Virus record (IMG/VR): IMGVR_UViG_3300025459_000001
Length of the DNA: 20,000 bases
Reading direction: 5' to 3' (one strand)
DNA from: an uncultured virus (IMG/VR IMGVR_UViG_3300025459_000001)
Lineage: Duplodnaviria > Heunggongvirae > Uroviricota > Caudoviricetes
The notes beneath the pieces were generated by a model. The model was not told the origin of the DNA and did no database searches. It saw nothing but the letters and a program-made list of their open reading frames with translations. The position numbers and the translations under genes are program-made. Each line of letters starts with the position of its first letter. Within the stretch, counting starts at the first letter, position 1. Shown here in pieces: positions 8,219 to 16,489 of the stretch.

Positions 8219-9199
8219 TTGAGCACAGAAGAAAAGCAGCAGCCCGAAAACTCCAACCACCAAGGACCGCAGGATGGTGGGCTGGACCGGCAGAACGACA
8301 CGGAGCATGAACAGACCGGAGAGGATACAAAGAATCCCGCCGAGCAAAAACCCAGCCGCTTTTATAAGGTGGCCACTCTGCCTATTCAATTCACTCGGCG
8401 AATTGTCAGATACATGTGGGGAATGGCCACTAGCTATGAAGCTAAAAAGTTTTATATAAGTCCCATGGTGTGGCTGGAAGTCGGCGCTCTGAGCGTTCTG
8501 ATCGTCTATACCGTCTTCACTGGTAGATTGGTGAGGATTACCAACAATACTCTTTCCGAGGTCAAAAAACAGAGCACCTCTTCTGAGCTTGCAGCTAAGG
8601 CGGCCATGAGCGCGGCTGAAACTTCCCTTGACGCTCTTAATCGTAACATTGATCAGTTTAGGATCGATGAACGCGCTTGGGTAGAGATTGATCCCATCAA
8701 GCCAATTCTTGTTGCACCACCATCGCCGCCATTCGGATACGTCTACAGGTATGAAGTATACCCTAAAAACATGGGAAGGACGGCTGCCTTCGACGTAACG
8801 GTCAAGGCGCAATCTAGCCAGAGCGACATCAGTATGGGCACTCACGCAGACTGGATGCATAACTGGCAAGACAAGATGTTGCTCGACAAGTTTACGTACA
8901 TGGGGACCGGAAAACCCGTCATTGTCCCACGCAATCCCGTCACTCGGACTCTTGCTCCAAACACTATCTCTGCTGTTCCGTTCATCCTTACAGGACAAGA
9001 ACCGACCATCTACCCAACCTCCGAAATGGTCTCTTTTCTGGTTGGTAGAATCGATTACCTTGACCAGTTCAAGGTTCCGCATTGGCTGAAGTTCTGCTTC
9101 TTTGTGGCCAATGCTCGCGGGGAGCTTTGGAATTGTCAAGAAGGTAATGACGAAGATCGCAATCCAGAGACGCCGCCTACTCCAGAGAAGAAGCGCTAG
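8219..9199 (+). CDS. inverted moron-like single-pass membrane protein
   Basis: Polar N-tail, TM (VWLEVGALSVLIVYTVFT), helical linker, DERAWV, KNMGRTAA, GRIDYLDQF..PHWLKFC; opposite strand to neighbours. Confidence 0.8.
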   Translation: MSTEEKQQPENSNHQGPQDGGLDRQNDTEHEQTGEDTKNPAEQKPSRFYKVATLPIQFTRRIVRYMWGMATSYEAKKFYISPMVWLEVGALSVLIVYTVFTGRLVRITNNTLSEVKKQSTSSELAAKAAMSAAETSLDALNRNIDQFRIDERAWVEIDPIKPILVAPPSPPFGYVYRYEVYPKNMGRTAAFDVTVKAQSSQSDISMGTHADWMHNWQDKMLLDKFTYMGTGKPVIVPRNPVTRTLAPNTISAVPFILTGQEPTIYPTSEMVSFLVGRIDYLDQFKVPHWLKFCFFVANARGELWNCQEGNDEDRNPETPPTPEKKR

Positions 9200-9260
9200 C
9201 CTGTCACGCCACCCCCAAGCGTAACCGGTGAAAGCCAGGAAAGTCAAGTATATTATTACC

Positions 9261-9727
9261 CTTATTTCTCCCGCCCCTGGCCCCCTGTAATTTCTCCCCG
9301 CCATCGCTGGCTCCTGCATCTCGGACATCGCTTCGGCTCACCTTTCCCCACCCTCGGCGTCCAAACCCATGTGCAAATTACACACCTCAACACTTCTCTC
9401 TTATTTCTGTCACTTATTTCGGTATCCATAATCTGGATATACTCTGCGCTATTTCTGCCCTAAAGTCAAGAGTTTTTTTGCCCCTCATTTTTTCCCTGGG
9501 ATTTTTTTTCCGCCGCGCCCGCAGAGGTCCAATGCTCTTCCCGGCCGCCGCCGCGCGCGACCCCTACCCCCTGGGCCTCCGGCCCGAGGTCCCAAATCTC
9601 GCGCGCGCCCGGCCTTGGAAATAAGCCAGAAATAGGACAGAAATAAGCACTAGGCCGCAAGGTGTTGATAACACAAGGACAGTGCTCTAGAGGCTCGGCG
9701 CAGTTTGACAGCAAACCGAAATAAGTG
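9261..9727. repeat. symmetric array of GAAATA(A/G)G boxes flanking a GC-rich core
   Basis: CTTATTTC at 9261, 9400, 9413 and variant at 9448; GAAATAAG/GAAATAGG at 9618, 9629, 9640, 9718. Confidence 0.8.
9441..9469 (-). promoter_or_regulatory. possible leftward promoter
   Basis: A-tract + CTCTTGACT -35, N17, weak -10 CAGAGT. Confidence 0.35.
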
Positions 9728-9733
9728 CAGTAT
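9705..9733 (+). promoter_or_regulatory. putative rightward promoter
   Basis: TTGACA-N17-CAGTAT; spacer contains a GAAATAAG box. Confidence 0.5.
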
Positions 9734-9766
9734 CAAGAGGCCGAGCGGGAGAAAGGATGAAACACC

Positions 9767-10066
9767 ATGAAGGCAACTGAAGAACTCTACGAATTGAGGA
9801 ACTACTACACGGCAGAGAACCTCATCTACCGCGAGTTGGGGCCAGCATGTGACGCCCTACAAAGACGCATGATCGCCGATAAAGCCAAGCGAGATCCACA
9901 CTTTCATTGCTGGTGCGTGAGCCGCGTATCGGATGGCGCATTTTGGCAAGGTGCTGGTTGCACGCAATCGGCTCCGCATCCTACGGCGACGTTCGGACGC
10001 CGCATCTACACGGTTACAGGAGACGCCTTACGGCTGGAATTGGCCGCTAAGAGGATCCGGGGCTGA
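9767..10066 (+). CDS. hypothetical protein
   Basis: AAAGGA RBS; first gene of the right arm. Confidence 0.7.
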   Translation: MKATEELYELRNYYTAENLIYRELGPACDALQRRMIADKAKRDPHFHCWCVSRVSDGAFWQGAGCTQSAPHPTATFGRRIYTVTGDALRLELAAKRIRG

Positions 10067-10069
10067 GTA

Positions 10070-10083
10070 GTCCCACGTTGGAC
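10070..10083. promoter_or_regulatory. parS-like palindrome copy (GTCCCACGTTGGAC)
   Basis: Intergenic, fits consensus. Confidence 0.75.
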
Positions 10084-10139
10084 CTGAGGAGCCACCTATA
10101 CGGCGCGCTCCGATTGGCCTAACGGCTAGAAAGGGAAAT

Positions 10140-10355
10140 ATGGACTTTATCAATCTGAGAGTAGTCAAGTACGTTCGCGGCATTCCGCCCTATGTGGCTG
10201 GCTCTTGGTTTTGCCCGGACGAAAAGCACCCCAACCTGAAAGCAGCCATGCGACTGTTAGCTGACGCCCGCGAAGAGGAGCCGGGAGACTGGCGCATTGA
10301 GACACGCGGGACGGAGGTTGGTTGGCACAGCATCACAGAACAGGCGACGGCGTAG
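10140..10355 (+). CDS. hypothetical protein
   Basis: AAAGGG RBS, 71 aa. Confidence 0.7.
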   Translation: MDFINLRVVKYVRGIPPYVAGSWFCPDEKHPNLKAAMRLLADAREEEPGDWRIETRGTEVGWHSITEQATA

Positions 10356-10403
10356 CGTTTCTTCTCTCTTCCGCTCACAAGAGTAGAAGAGAGTGGAGGC
10401 ACT

Positions 10404-10601
10404 ATGAACAAACGCACGGTTCGCTTTACCGAAGAGGCAATCAGACAGCACGATTACACCGACGAAGACGCGAAAATCTGGACCATAGACGCTGAGCGTG
10501 AGGTGCGCCGAGACGCACGCGGCGACTGGTACGTGGACACCTCGCGCGGCGACTCCAGTATGATAGAGTCCGCCGAAGCGGCGGAATTGATCGGTCAGTG
10601 A
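10404..10601 (+). CDS. small acidic hypothetical protein
   Basis: GGAGG RBS. Confidence 0.75.
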   Translation: MNKRTVRFTEEAIRQHDYTDEDAKIWTIDAEREVRRDARGDWYVDTSRGDSSMIESAEAAELIGQ

Positions 10602-10843
10602 GATCTCACATCGAGCGGGTACTGCGCAAGTACGGGTTACCCAGGGGCGCTACGGCCACACGTATATTCCGCCTCGCTTGCGCGGGCGATCACACCGTGC
10701 CCGAAATCAGCGACATAACGGGTGCGGCGCAAGCGCTCGTGAGGCACTATATTTATCGCTGGCGAGCGGCTGGCCACAGGCTGATTTTACCTGATGGCCG
10801 AGAGCATAATGGTTTCCGGGGTGGCAAGAGGACAGCTAAATGA
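10598..10843 (+). CDS. small HTH DNA-binding protein
   Basis: GTGA coupling; TVPEISDITGAAQALVRHYIYRW HTH pattern. Confidence 0.65.
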   Translation: MRSHIERVLRKYGLPRGATATRIFRLACAGDHTVPEISDITGAAQALVRHYIYRWRAAGHRLILPDGREHNGFRGGKRTAK

Positions 10844-11015
10844 CGCGCGGCCGATGGCTTTGTAATGCTTCTGCCATTCCGACAGCGGCGCCGAGGTCCA
10901 GCTCAGGTTCTGCTGGCTCAGGTTCGCCGCCGCAAGGGCTAGGAATTTGCGGAACGAATCTAAACGCGCGTGGCGCGACTTGGGGATTACACGGCCTCGC
11001 TTGAGGCCGTAAGCA

Positions 11016-11029
11016 ATCCAACGTGGGAC
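11016..11029. promoter_or_regulatory. parS-like palindrome copy (ATCCAACGTGGGAC)
   Basis: One mismatch to consensus; between a hairpin (10991-11010) and the RBS of the next gene. Confidence 0.7.
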
Positions 11030-11049
11030 TCAACAGGGAGAGGAACGTC

Positions 11050-11640
11050 ATGAAGACAGAATCAACAGAGGTGAATGCACCCTTGCACGTTGACGAAGTG
11101 TTTCGCGCGCTGGAAGCGTGGATTAAACAACGTCCCGGCCTGGACTGGCGCAATTACTATGACCGGGCTTACACGCGCAACGAATGGGGCAAGCTGGCCC
11201 CGTCCGACGGGTTGCGGGCGTACCGGACGGAGATTCGCGAGATAGGGAAGCATCGCCATCGGGCGCTATCAGCGTTGGATGAAGCCCGCGGGTTGACGCC
11301 TGCCAGGCCGGACCTGCTAGCGGACGCGTTCCGGGCGTTTAGCGGTAGACTGCAATGGCTGGTTGGGGAATCAGACTGGGCCGTTACGCCCGACTACACC
11401 TGTCCCTGCGGTATGTACGTGCATCCGTCAAAACGCAGTGACATTCAATGGCACATAAAAGATTGCCAGTATTACAACCACGGCCAGATTCACTACACTA
11501 CGGGGCAGTACTGGCCGACAGAATACCGCAAGGCTGCAACGGCGGTACTTGAGGCTTACATTGCGGGCTGGAAACAAGCGGAAGCCGCGGAACATCCGCC
11601 CACATTCACCTATCGCACAATGGACGATGTGATGTACTAG
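11050..11640 (+). CDS. conserved-type phage hypothetical protein with Cys/His insert
   Basis: GAGAGG RBS; WIKQRPGL..NY, AFSGRL, YTTGQYWPTEYRKA motifs; CPC...H...C segment. Confidence 0.8.
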   Translation: MKTESTEVNAPLHVDEVFRALEAWIKQRPGLDWRNYYDRAYTRNEWGKLAPSDGLRAYRTEIREIGKHRHRALSALDEARGLTPARPDLLADAFRAFSGRLQWLVGESDWAVTPDYTCPCGMYVHPSKRSDIQWHIKDCQYYNHGQIHYTTGQYWPTEYRKAATAVLEAYIAGWKQAEAAEHPPTFTYRTMDDVMY

Positions 11641-11663
11641 CCGAACGAAAGGACGTTTAGACG

Positions 11664-12065
11664 ATGCAAACGAAATCTGAGTTATTGAAGGAACTGGATC
11701 AGCTGGAAGCTGATATATCAGCCATCAAAAAAAAGTGGGCTGCTGGCTTTAGTGCGCGCTACCTCTGGGCTGCTGGCGTTAGTATGCGCTACCTCTGGGC
11801 TGCTGGCGCTAATGTGCGCAACCTCTGGGCTGCTGGCGTTAGTACGCGCGACCTCTTGGCCGCTGGCGCTAATGTGCGCAACCTCTGGGCTGCTGGCGCT
11901 AGTACGCGCGACCTCTGGGCTGCTGGCGCTAGTACGCGCGACCTCTTGGCTGCTGGCGTTAGTACGCGCGACCTCTGGGCTGCTGGCGTTAGTGCGCGCG
12001 ACCTCTTGGCTGCTGGCGTTAGTACGCGCGCCCTGCGCAAAATGGTCGAGGCGTTGCCAGAGTGA
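11664..12065 (+). CDS. 10-aa tandem repeat protein (RDLWAAGVST)
   Basis: AAAGGA RBS; coiled-coil-like N-terminus followed by repeats. Confidence 0.75.
   Translation: MQTKSELLKELDQLEADISAIKKKWAAGFSARYLWAAGVSMRYLWAAGANVRNLWAAGVSTRDLLAAGANVRNLWAAGASTRDLWAAGASTRDLLAAGVSTRDLWAAGVSARDLLAAGVSTRALRKMVEALPE
11736..12030 (+). repeat. 30-bp coding tandem repeat, ~10 units
   Basis: Unit TGGGCTGCTGGCGYTAGTACGCGCGACCTC with few variable positions. Confidence 0.95.
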
Positions 12066-12125
12066 AGGGCAAACTTGTACAATCAACTGTTTTTACCACA
12101 CAGAAATAAAGTCGGTTTAACGGGT

Positions 12126-12141
12126 AGTCCCACGTGGGACT
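12126..12141. promoter_or_regulatory. perfect 16-bp parS-like palindrome AGTCCCACGTGGGACT
   Basis: Intergenic perfect palindrome. Confidence 0.8.
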
Positions 12142-12308
12142 CTTGGCGAATCGGCCCGCCGCTAACCTTCAACCAGTGCGCGGCGGGCTAACCTAGGGGC
12201 TCGGGAGGCCCCGAAAAGGATGTTTAATGGGGTCTTTCTCCTTCCCCGAAGGGGAAGGACCTCAACCACAGAAACAAGTTCGTAGAAATTAGACTATTAG
12301 GAGAACTT

Positions 12309-12644
12309 ATGAAACGCTTACTGTTGGTTTTCGCAACGCTCTGCGGCGCAGCCGTAGGGCAAGTAATTTCGGTTGACTCAAACCTGACGCTGACCTTTAT
12401 CCCCATCCCTCGGTTGCTTGGGACAATGCTCGTCACGGCCTGCTTTACCCAGCCGGACGTTCACACGGCGGTGATTACCACATACTCGAGCTCACTAGTC
12501 ACTTCGGGGCTTCACCCAATCCAGAGCTTCACCCTGTCTTATCCTTCAAACGGGTGCTTTTCAACCTTCTGGCACTGGGGAGACCCAGCGAACATCAAAA
12601 CCGTGGTCTACGCGGTCAACCCCGTGGAGGTCAAGATCGAATGA
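12309..12644 (+). CDS. secreted hypothetical protein
   Basis: AGGAG RBS; signal peptide MKRLLLVFATLCGAAVG. Confidence 0.75.
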   Translation: MKRLLLVFATLCGAAVGQVISVDSNLTLTFIPIPRLLGTMLVTACFTQPDVHTAVITTYSSSLVTSGLHPIQSFTLSYPSNGCFSTFWHWGDPANIKTVVYAVNPVEVKIE

Positions 12645-12733
12645 AGCGGATTCAATCGCACTTCACAGTACTCTTGGTTCTGATTTTGTTCGGGATCATT
12701 GGGTACTTCGTTGGGGTTCATCTGTTCGAGTGA
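12641..12733 (+). CDS. 30-aa single-TM peptide
   Basis: ATGA-coupled; MKRIQSHFTVLLVLILFGIIGYFVGVHLFE. Confidence 0.55.
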   Translation: MKRIQSHFTVLLVLILFGIIGYFVGVHLFE

Positions 12734-12783
12734 TTCCACCGGCCCCGGTGACAGCGGGGCCTTAGGATGGAGGCACTAAGGAC

Positions 12784-12867
12784 GTGGGCTATACACACTA
12801 CTGGTATCGAAACGTGACCATCCCCACTGCGGTGTGGTCAAAGATCATCGCGGAAGTACCGGCCTAA
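12784..12867 (+). pseudogene. truncated MGYTHYW-type phage gene
   Basis: GTG GGC TAT ACA CAC TAC TGG after RBS; only 27 codons. Confidence 0.5.
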
Positions 12868-12891
12868 ACAACGAAAGGAAGAGAGAAATCC

Positions 12892-13566
12892 ATGAGCCAC
12901 GCATGTGTGTTGGTAGCGGTCGATGTGGTGAACCCCAACGACCGCGCGGAAGTGGAAGCCGCCGTACAGTTCCAGATGGAACCTTACGACGCAAACGGCA
13001 TTTTGTTTCGGGATGGCTCCCGTTGGGACTGGTATCAGATCGGCGGGCGCTGTACCGGGATGTTATTCCCAGACTACAAGGCCAGCGAGGATCCTCGTAA
13101 TAGCGAGGTCTGCGAGTTGTGTGCCGGAACCGGAATCAGGCCGGAAGGACTCGCTCAGTTTGGACAAGCGTGGTACGACAGGTGCAACGGGTGCAACGGC
13201 TGCCACGGAACCGGCAAGGCACTAAAGCACCCTGGCTTCTGGGTGCCCTTCGATGGAGACATAATCCAGTTGAAGGAACTGAAGGGGAAGCCAGTACCGG
13301 CAGCGTATGCTTTCCTGCGGAATCGCCACTGGCATGAACCTGAGCGTCTGGGCTGGTTCGGCTGCGCCACGGCGACTGAGTGCGAACTCAAAGACCCCGA
13401 CAATCTTGATGTGGCGGCAAATAAGTGCGTCACGACAGGCGACGAAAACGCCATTATTGTGGTGTGGAATGAGCCTTGGGAACTCTGGAAACAAAAGTTT
13501 CTCCATCGCTTCATTGAACCTCTGCCGCCCGAAACTGTTTTGGTTGTGGTGGACTATCACGTATAG
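12892..13566 (+). CDS. phage hypothetical protein with DnaJ-type zinc-finger motifs
   Basis: RWDWYQIGGR, CELCAGTG and CNGCHGTG (CxxCxGxG), C-terminal VVVDYH. Confidence 0.8.
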   Translation: MSHACVLVAVDVVNPNDRAEVEAAVQFQMEPYDANGILFRDGSRWDWYQIGGRCTGMLFPDYKASEDPRNSEVCELCAGTGIRPEGLAQFGQAWYDRCNGCNGCHGTGKALKHPGFWVPFDGDIIQLKELKGKPVPAAYAFLRNRHWHEPERLGWFGCATATECELKDPDNLDVAANKCVTTGDENAIIVVWNEPWELWKQKFLHRFIEPLPPETVLVVVDYHV

Positions 13567-13616
13567 CGCCCGTCAGACCACGCAGCCCCTAACCGGGCTG
13601 CGTTCCTGGAGGCACT

Positions 13617-13880
13617 ATGTATCCAATTTCAGACGCGACAGTACGAGGATGGCTTTACTTGAGTGATAGCTTTTGGGGCTCACTCACAGCCGAACAGCGC
13701 AAACAACTCAGGGATGAAGTGACAAACTGCCCGGAGTATTGCCCAAACACGAAAACTCACATCCACATCCCAGACAAACGGTCGCTCCGTATCGACGATG
13801 CTTTCGTTAACGTAGACTGCTCCGCGTGTGGCCGGACGGGATGCGCGGGAAAATTCGATCCTGAAAAGATCGACTGGTAG
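13617..13880 (+). CDS. Cys-rich hypothetical protein
   Basis: GGAGG RBS; CPEYC, HIH, CSACG. Confidence 0.75.
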   Translation: MYPISDATVRGWLYLSDSFWGSLTAEQRKQLRDEVTNCPEYCPNTKTHIHIPDKRSLRIDDAFVNVDCSACGRTGCAGKFDPEKIDW

Positions 13881-13893
13881 TCCCACGTTGTAC
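13880..13893. promoter_or_regulatory. parS-like palindrome copy (GTCCCACGTTGTAC)
   Basis: Identical to 2962-2975; flanks extend the symmetry (TA...TA). Confidence 0.75.
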
Positions 13894-14066
13894 TATTTAT
13901 CCAGACGGTGAAAAGGGGATGTTCCATTGTCCCAAGTGCTCCCCGTTCTGGTTGGAGAAATTTCTCATTTGGCGCATGAATGAACTTCGCGCCGATAACA
14001 AACTGGAGGCGATATGAAACTGGAGGTGGAGTACCTCACCGAAATGGTGCGGCTCGCATCGAAGGT

Positions 14067-14471
14067 ATGAAACGCCCCCCGAGCGATGGCTGGACCTATT
14101 GGGATGAGGATGGCACACCTCACCGCCGCCGCCGTAACCCCTTGGACGCTCCGATCTATGACGTGGATCACATGAGCCGTCAAGAGATGCGGGCGATTAT
14201 GAGCTGCTACGAGCAGGCTAAACGGCGTTGCGATCATCTGAATCGCCGGGCGTTCCCAGGAGTTCTCACCGTCTCGCACATGCTCTACCCCATGCGGCCA
14301 GCCTATGCCCTGAAAGCAACGGCGGGCCTGCTACGGATGATCGAGCTGAGGTTGCACTATCACGTCGGAAAGGAGTATGAGAGGATTTATGCGAAGCTCC
14401 CTGTTTACGCGCAGTTCAGACGGTTCTTTAACGTCAAAGCCGCCGTGGAGAGTCAAGATAAAAAGTCTTGA
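14067..14471 (+). CDS. hypothetical protein
   Basis: Likely ATG at 14067 (ATGA overlap with a short upstream ORF); start uncertain. Confidence 0.6.
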   Translation: MKRPPSDGWTYWDEDGTPHRRRRNPLDAPIYDVDHMSRQEMRAIMSCYEQAKRRCDHLNRRAFPGVLTVSHMLYPMRPAYALKATAGLLRMIELRLHYHVGKEYERIYAKLPVYAQFRRFFNVKAAVESQDKKS

Positions 14472-14496
14472 CTCTAGGTTGGAATGGCTTTATACT
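14468..14496 (+). promoter_or_regulatory. sigma70 promoter
   Basis: TTGACT-N17-TATACT; -35 lies in inverted repeat AGAGTCAAGA-N7-TCTTGACTCT. Confidence 0.8.
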
Positions 14497-14516
14497 CACC
14501 GAGGAGAAACAGATTT

Positions 14517-14732
14517 GTGACTCTTATCAAGACTCCTGTTCGCCGGGAGACGTGTAGCCTTTACCGGCGACGGCCACTTGTGATTGTGGCCCACCCGAGA
14601 CATCTGGAGATCAAGGAGAAGAAACGCCGAGACTCGGTGAACGTGTCGTATGAAGCTATTTACGAGTTTGCGCTCGCCATTCGCTACCGGCAACAACAGG
14701 CGGAGAAACGCGCCAAACGGAGACGGCTATGA
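14517..14732 (+). CDS. small basic hypothetical protein
   Basis: GAGGAG RBS before GTG at 14517, downstream of the promoter. Confidence 0.7.
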   Translation: MTLIKTPVRRETCSLYRRRPLVIVAHPRHLEIKEKKRRDSVNVSYEAIYEFALAIRYRQQQAEKRAKRRRL

Positions 14733-15508
14733 GTTATTGGAAAGTTCTGACGAGTGAGTTCCGGCCACCACTACAAGGCGGGAAGCCGCTTTGCGATGGC
14801 AAAACGTGGCCTGTGGAGCTACCGACAGTGCCGCTGGACCGCGGCTGGCACTTCTGCCGCGACATTCAGACCGCATTAAAAAGCGCTGGTTTTTGGCGAA
14901 CTGGGCACCCAAACGCAGTTATACTCGTTGAGCCTCACGGCGACATTATCGAACGGGTCGATAAATTGCGAGCGGCGAGCCTCACACTGAAACGGCTGGC
15001 AACGGACAAAGAAATCTACAGCGCCCTAACCGCGTTCTCAACGCTTTTCGGAGAACATCGGGCAGCGATGGCTGAAGAACAATGGCTCTGGTGGCAGGCC
15101 CTTGCCCATCCCACATGGGATCGTGAGGCCGTTATTGAAGGGTTGACCATTGCGCTTCGTGCCCGGTCGCTGCATTGGACAATCAAAGAATACCCTTCAG
15201 AAAAGGCTGCGTGGGATGCGTGGGCGTGGACTGCGTGGGCTGCGCGGGATGCGTGGGATGCGTGGGATGAGCGGTGGGCGTGGGATGCGGCGCGGGCTTT
15301 GCGGGATGCGGTGGCTACGCGGGATGCGTGGGGTGCTGGGGATGCGTGGGCTGCGCTCACACTTCAATTCGCAGCACGCAGTGGTTGGATCAGTCATAGC
15401 CACGATCTTCTGACAGTTGGTATTCGGGATGCCTACCGTCACGGGCTTTTCGTTGCATTACCAACCGGCCCAAATGAACTTGGTTTTGTAATGGAGCCGC
15501 CAAAATGA
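14729..15508 (+). CDS. phage hypothetical protein with Ala-Trp-Asp repeats
   Basis: RGWHFCR...K.RA N-domain; AWDAWA tract from 9-bp GCGTGGGAT-like repeats (~15207-15355). Confidence 0.8.
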   Translation: MSYWKVLTSEFRPPLQGGKPLCDGKTWPVELPTVPLDRGWHFCRDIQTALKSAGFWRTGHPNAVILVEPHGDIIERVDKLRAASLTLKRLATDKEIYSALTAFSTLFGEHRAAMAEEQWLWWQALAHPTWDREAVIEGLTIALRARSLHWTIKEYPSEKAAWDAWAWTAWAARDAWDAWDERWAWDAARALRDAVATRDAWGAGDAWAALTLQFAARSGWISHSHDLLTVGIRDAYRHGLFVALPTGPNELGFVMEPPK

Positions 15509-15681
15509 CCCACCACGACATCGACCTTGCCATCAAACGGCTACGCCGACGATTAGACAAGATCATGGCCTGTACTTCGGGGATGCCGAACTACCCCAGC
15601 ATCGCCAAACGAGTGAGCCTGATTCGAGAGGCCATTGAGTCAGTCGAAGGACGAGAACAGCGGTTGCGGAGGGTGTCGTGA
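15505..15681 (+). CDS. small hypothetical protein (58 aa, not in ORF track)
   Basis: ATGA/GTGA coupling at both ends; [19 protein letters not shown]... Confidence 0.65.
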   Translation: MTHHDIDLAIKRLRRRLDKIMACTSGMPNYPSIAKRVSLIREAIESVEGREQRLRRVS

Positions 15682-15887
15682 CCCGATGGTGGACCCGCTT
15701 TGTCCGCAACCTGTTCCCCTACTCCACCCTGGCTGAAGTCGAAGACAGCGTGACCTCGCACCTCAGACGGTTGATTCCACCTACTGGATCGCGTTTGGAT
15801 CTGTTAGCCCGACAAGAACGCGGAGAGACTTTAACTAAACCACAACCAAGACCTGTCTTGGTTAAAAGAAAGAAGGCTTCCAAATGA
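15678..15887 (+). CDS. hypothetical protein
   Basis: GGAGG RBS, coupled. Confidence 0.65.
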   Translation: MTRWWTRFVRNLFPYSTLAEVEDSVTSHLRRLIPPTGSRLDLLARQERGETLTKPQPRPVLVKRKKASK

Positions 15888-16489
15888 AGCAAAATAAGGG
15901 GCAGAAGAGAGGGAAAGTTCGACAAGCGATGACCATCGTTCAGAAAGCCGTCCTGAAGCATCCCGATCAGCGCACCCAGAACCTCTCGCTGTTCCGCTTG
16001 GAGCCCTCGGTTTACCGTTGGATTATTGACGGACCCGGCAGGCCGTTTGACTGCGTAGACTATCTGAGCCTTCACGACGGAGTGAAGCAACTGCGCGTTT
16101 TGGTCGAGACCGATCCAGCCTATGTCGGTGTGGACCTCACGATTGTTCCAGTGGAACTACCGCCAGAGGAAAGAGCGGCGCGACGTGTGAGTCCGCTTTG
16201 CAAGGATAGAGATCTAGAAGCAATCGCCACAATTATCCGGGAAGAGACCGCGATAGATAAGCTCATCGAGGCTACCAACCTTCTCTTAGCATACGAGTAT
16301 CCGAGACGCCTGCAACCAAAACGCCCAGGCCTTGACCTTACATGGGCAGGTTTGGTGCTCTCAATCATCGAGGCTTTGGAAATAGCCCAAAGGCAGGACC
16401 TCTCTAACCTCAAGAAACAGCTTACGGAAGGCATCAAGGACATCAAGATTTACTCTGCCTTGCCTCCCCAGATGGAGAAACCGCAATGA
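15884..16489 (+). CDS. hypothetical protein
   Basis: 201 aa, coupled at both ends. Confidence 0.7.
   Translation: MKQNKGQKRGKVRQAMTIVQKAVLKHPDQRTQNLSLFRLEPSVYRWIIDGPGRPFDCVDYLSLHDGVKQLRVLVETDPAYVGVDLTIVPVELPPEERAARRVSPLCKDRDLEAIATIIREETAIDKLIEATNLLLAYEYPRRLQPKRPGLDLTWAGLVLSIIEALEIAQRQDLSNLKKQLTEGIKDIKIYSALPPQMEKPQ

Noticed and set aside
4885..9248. 14-bp inverted repeat CTTGACTTTCCTGG / CCAGGAAAGTCAAG as ends of an invertible or mobile segment
   Set aside because: No recombinase in the window, half the match is the recurrent TTGACT motif, and gene orientation is continuous across the left copy.
10084..10135. Hammerhead-like CTGAGGA...GAAA
   Set aside because: Stem II does not abut GAAA, and no stem III/NUH site could be formed by eye.
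11736..12030. CRISPR-like appearance of the 30-bp repeats
   Set aside because: The units are contiguous with no unique spacers and are in frame within a CDS.
11718..12120. Alternative-frame ORFs across the tandem repeat
   Set aside because: They stay open only because the stop-free unit repeats; only 11664 has an RBS.
15016..15442. Overlapping ORFs in the AWD repeat, or a DGR variable region
   Set aside because: Shadows of a 9-bp repeat; no reverse transcriptase or adenine-specific template/variable repeat pair seen.
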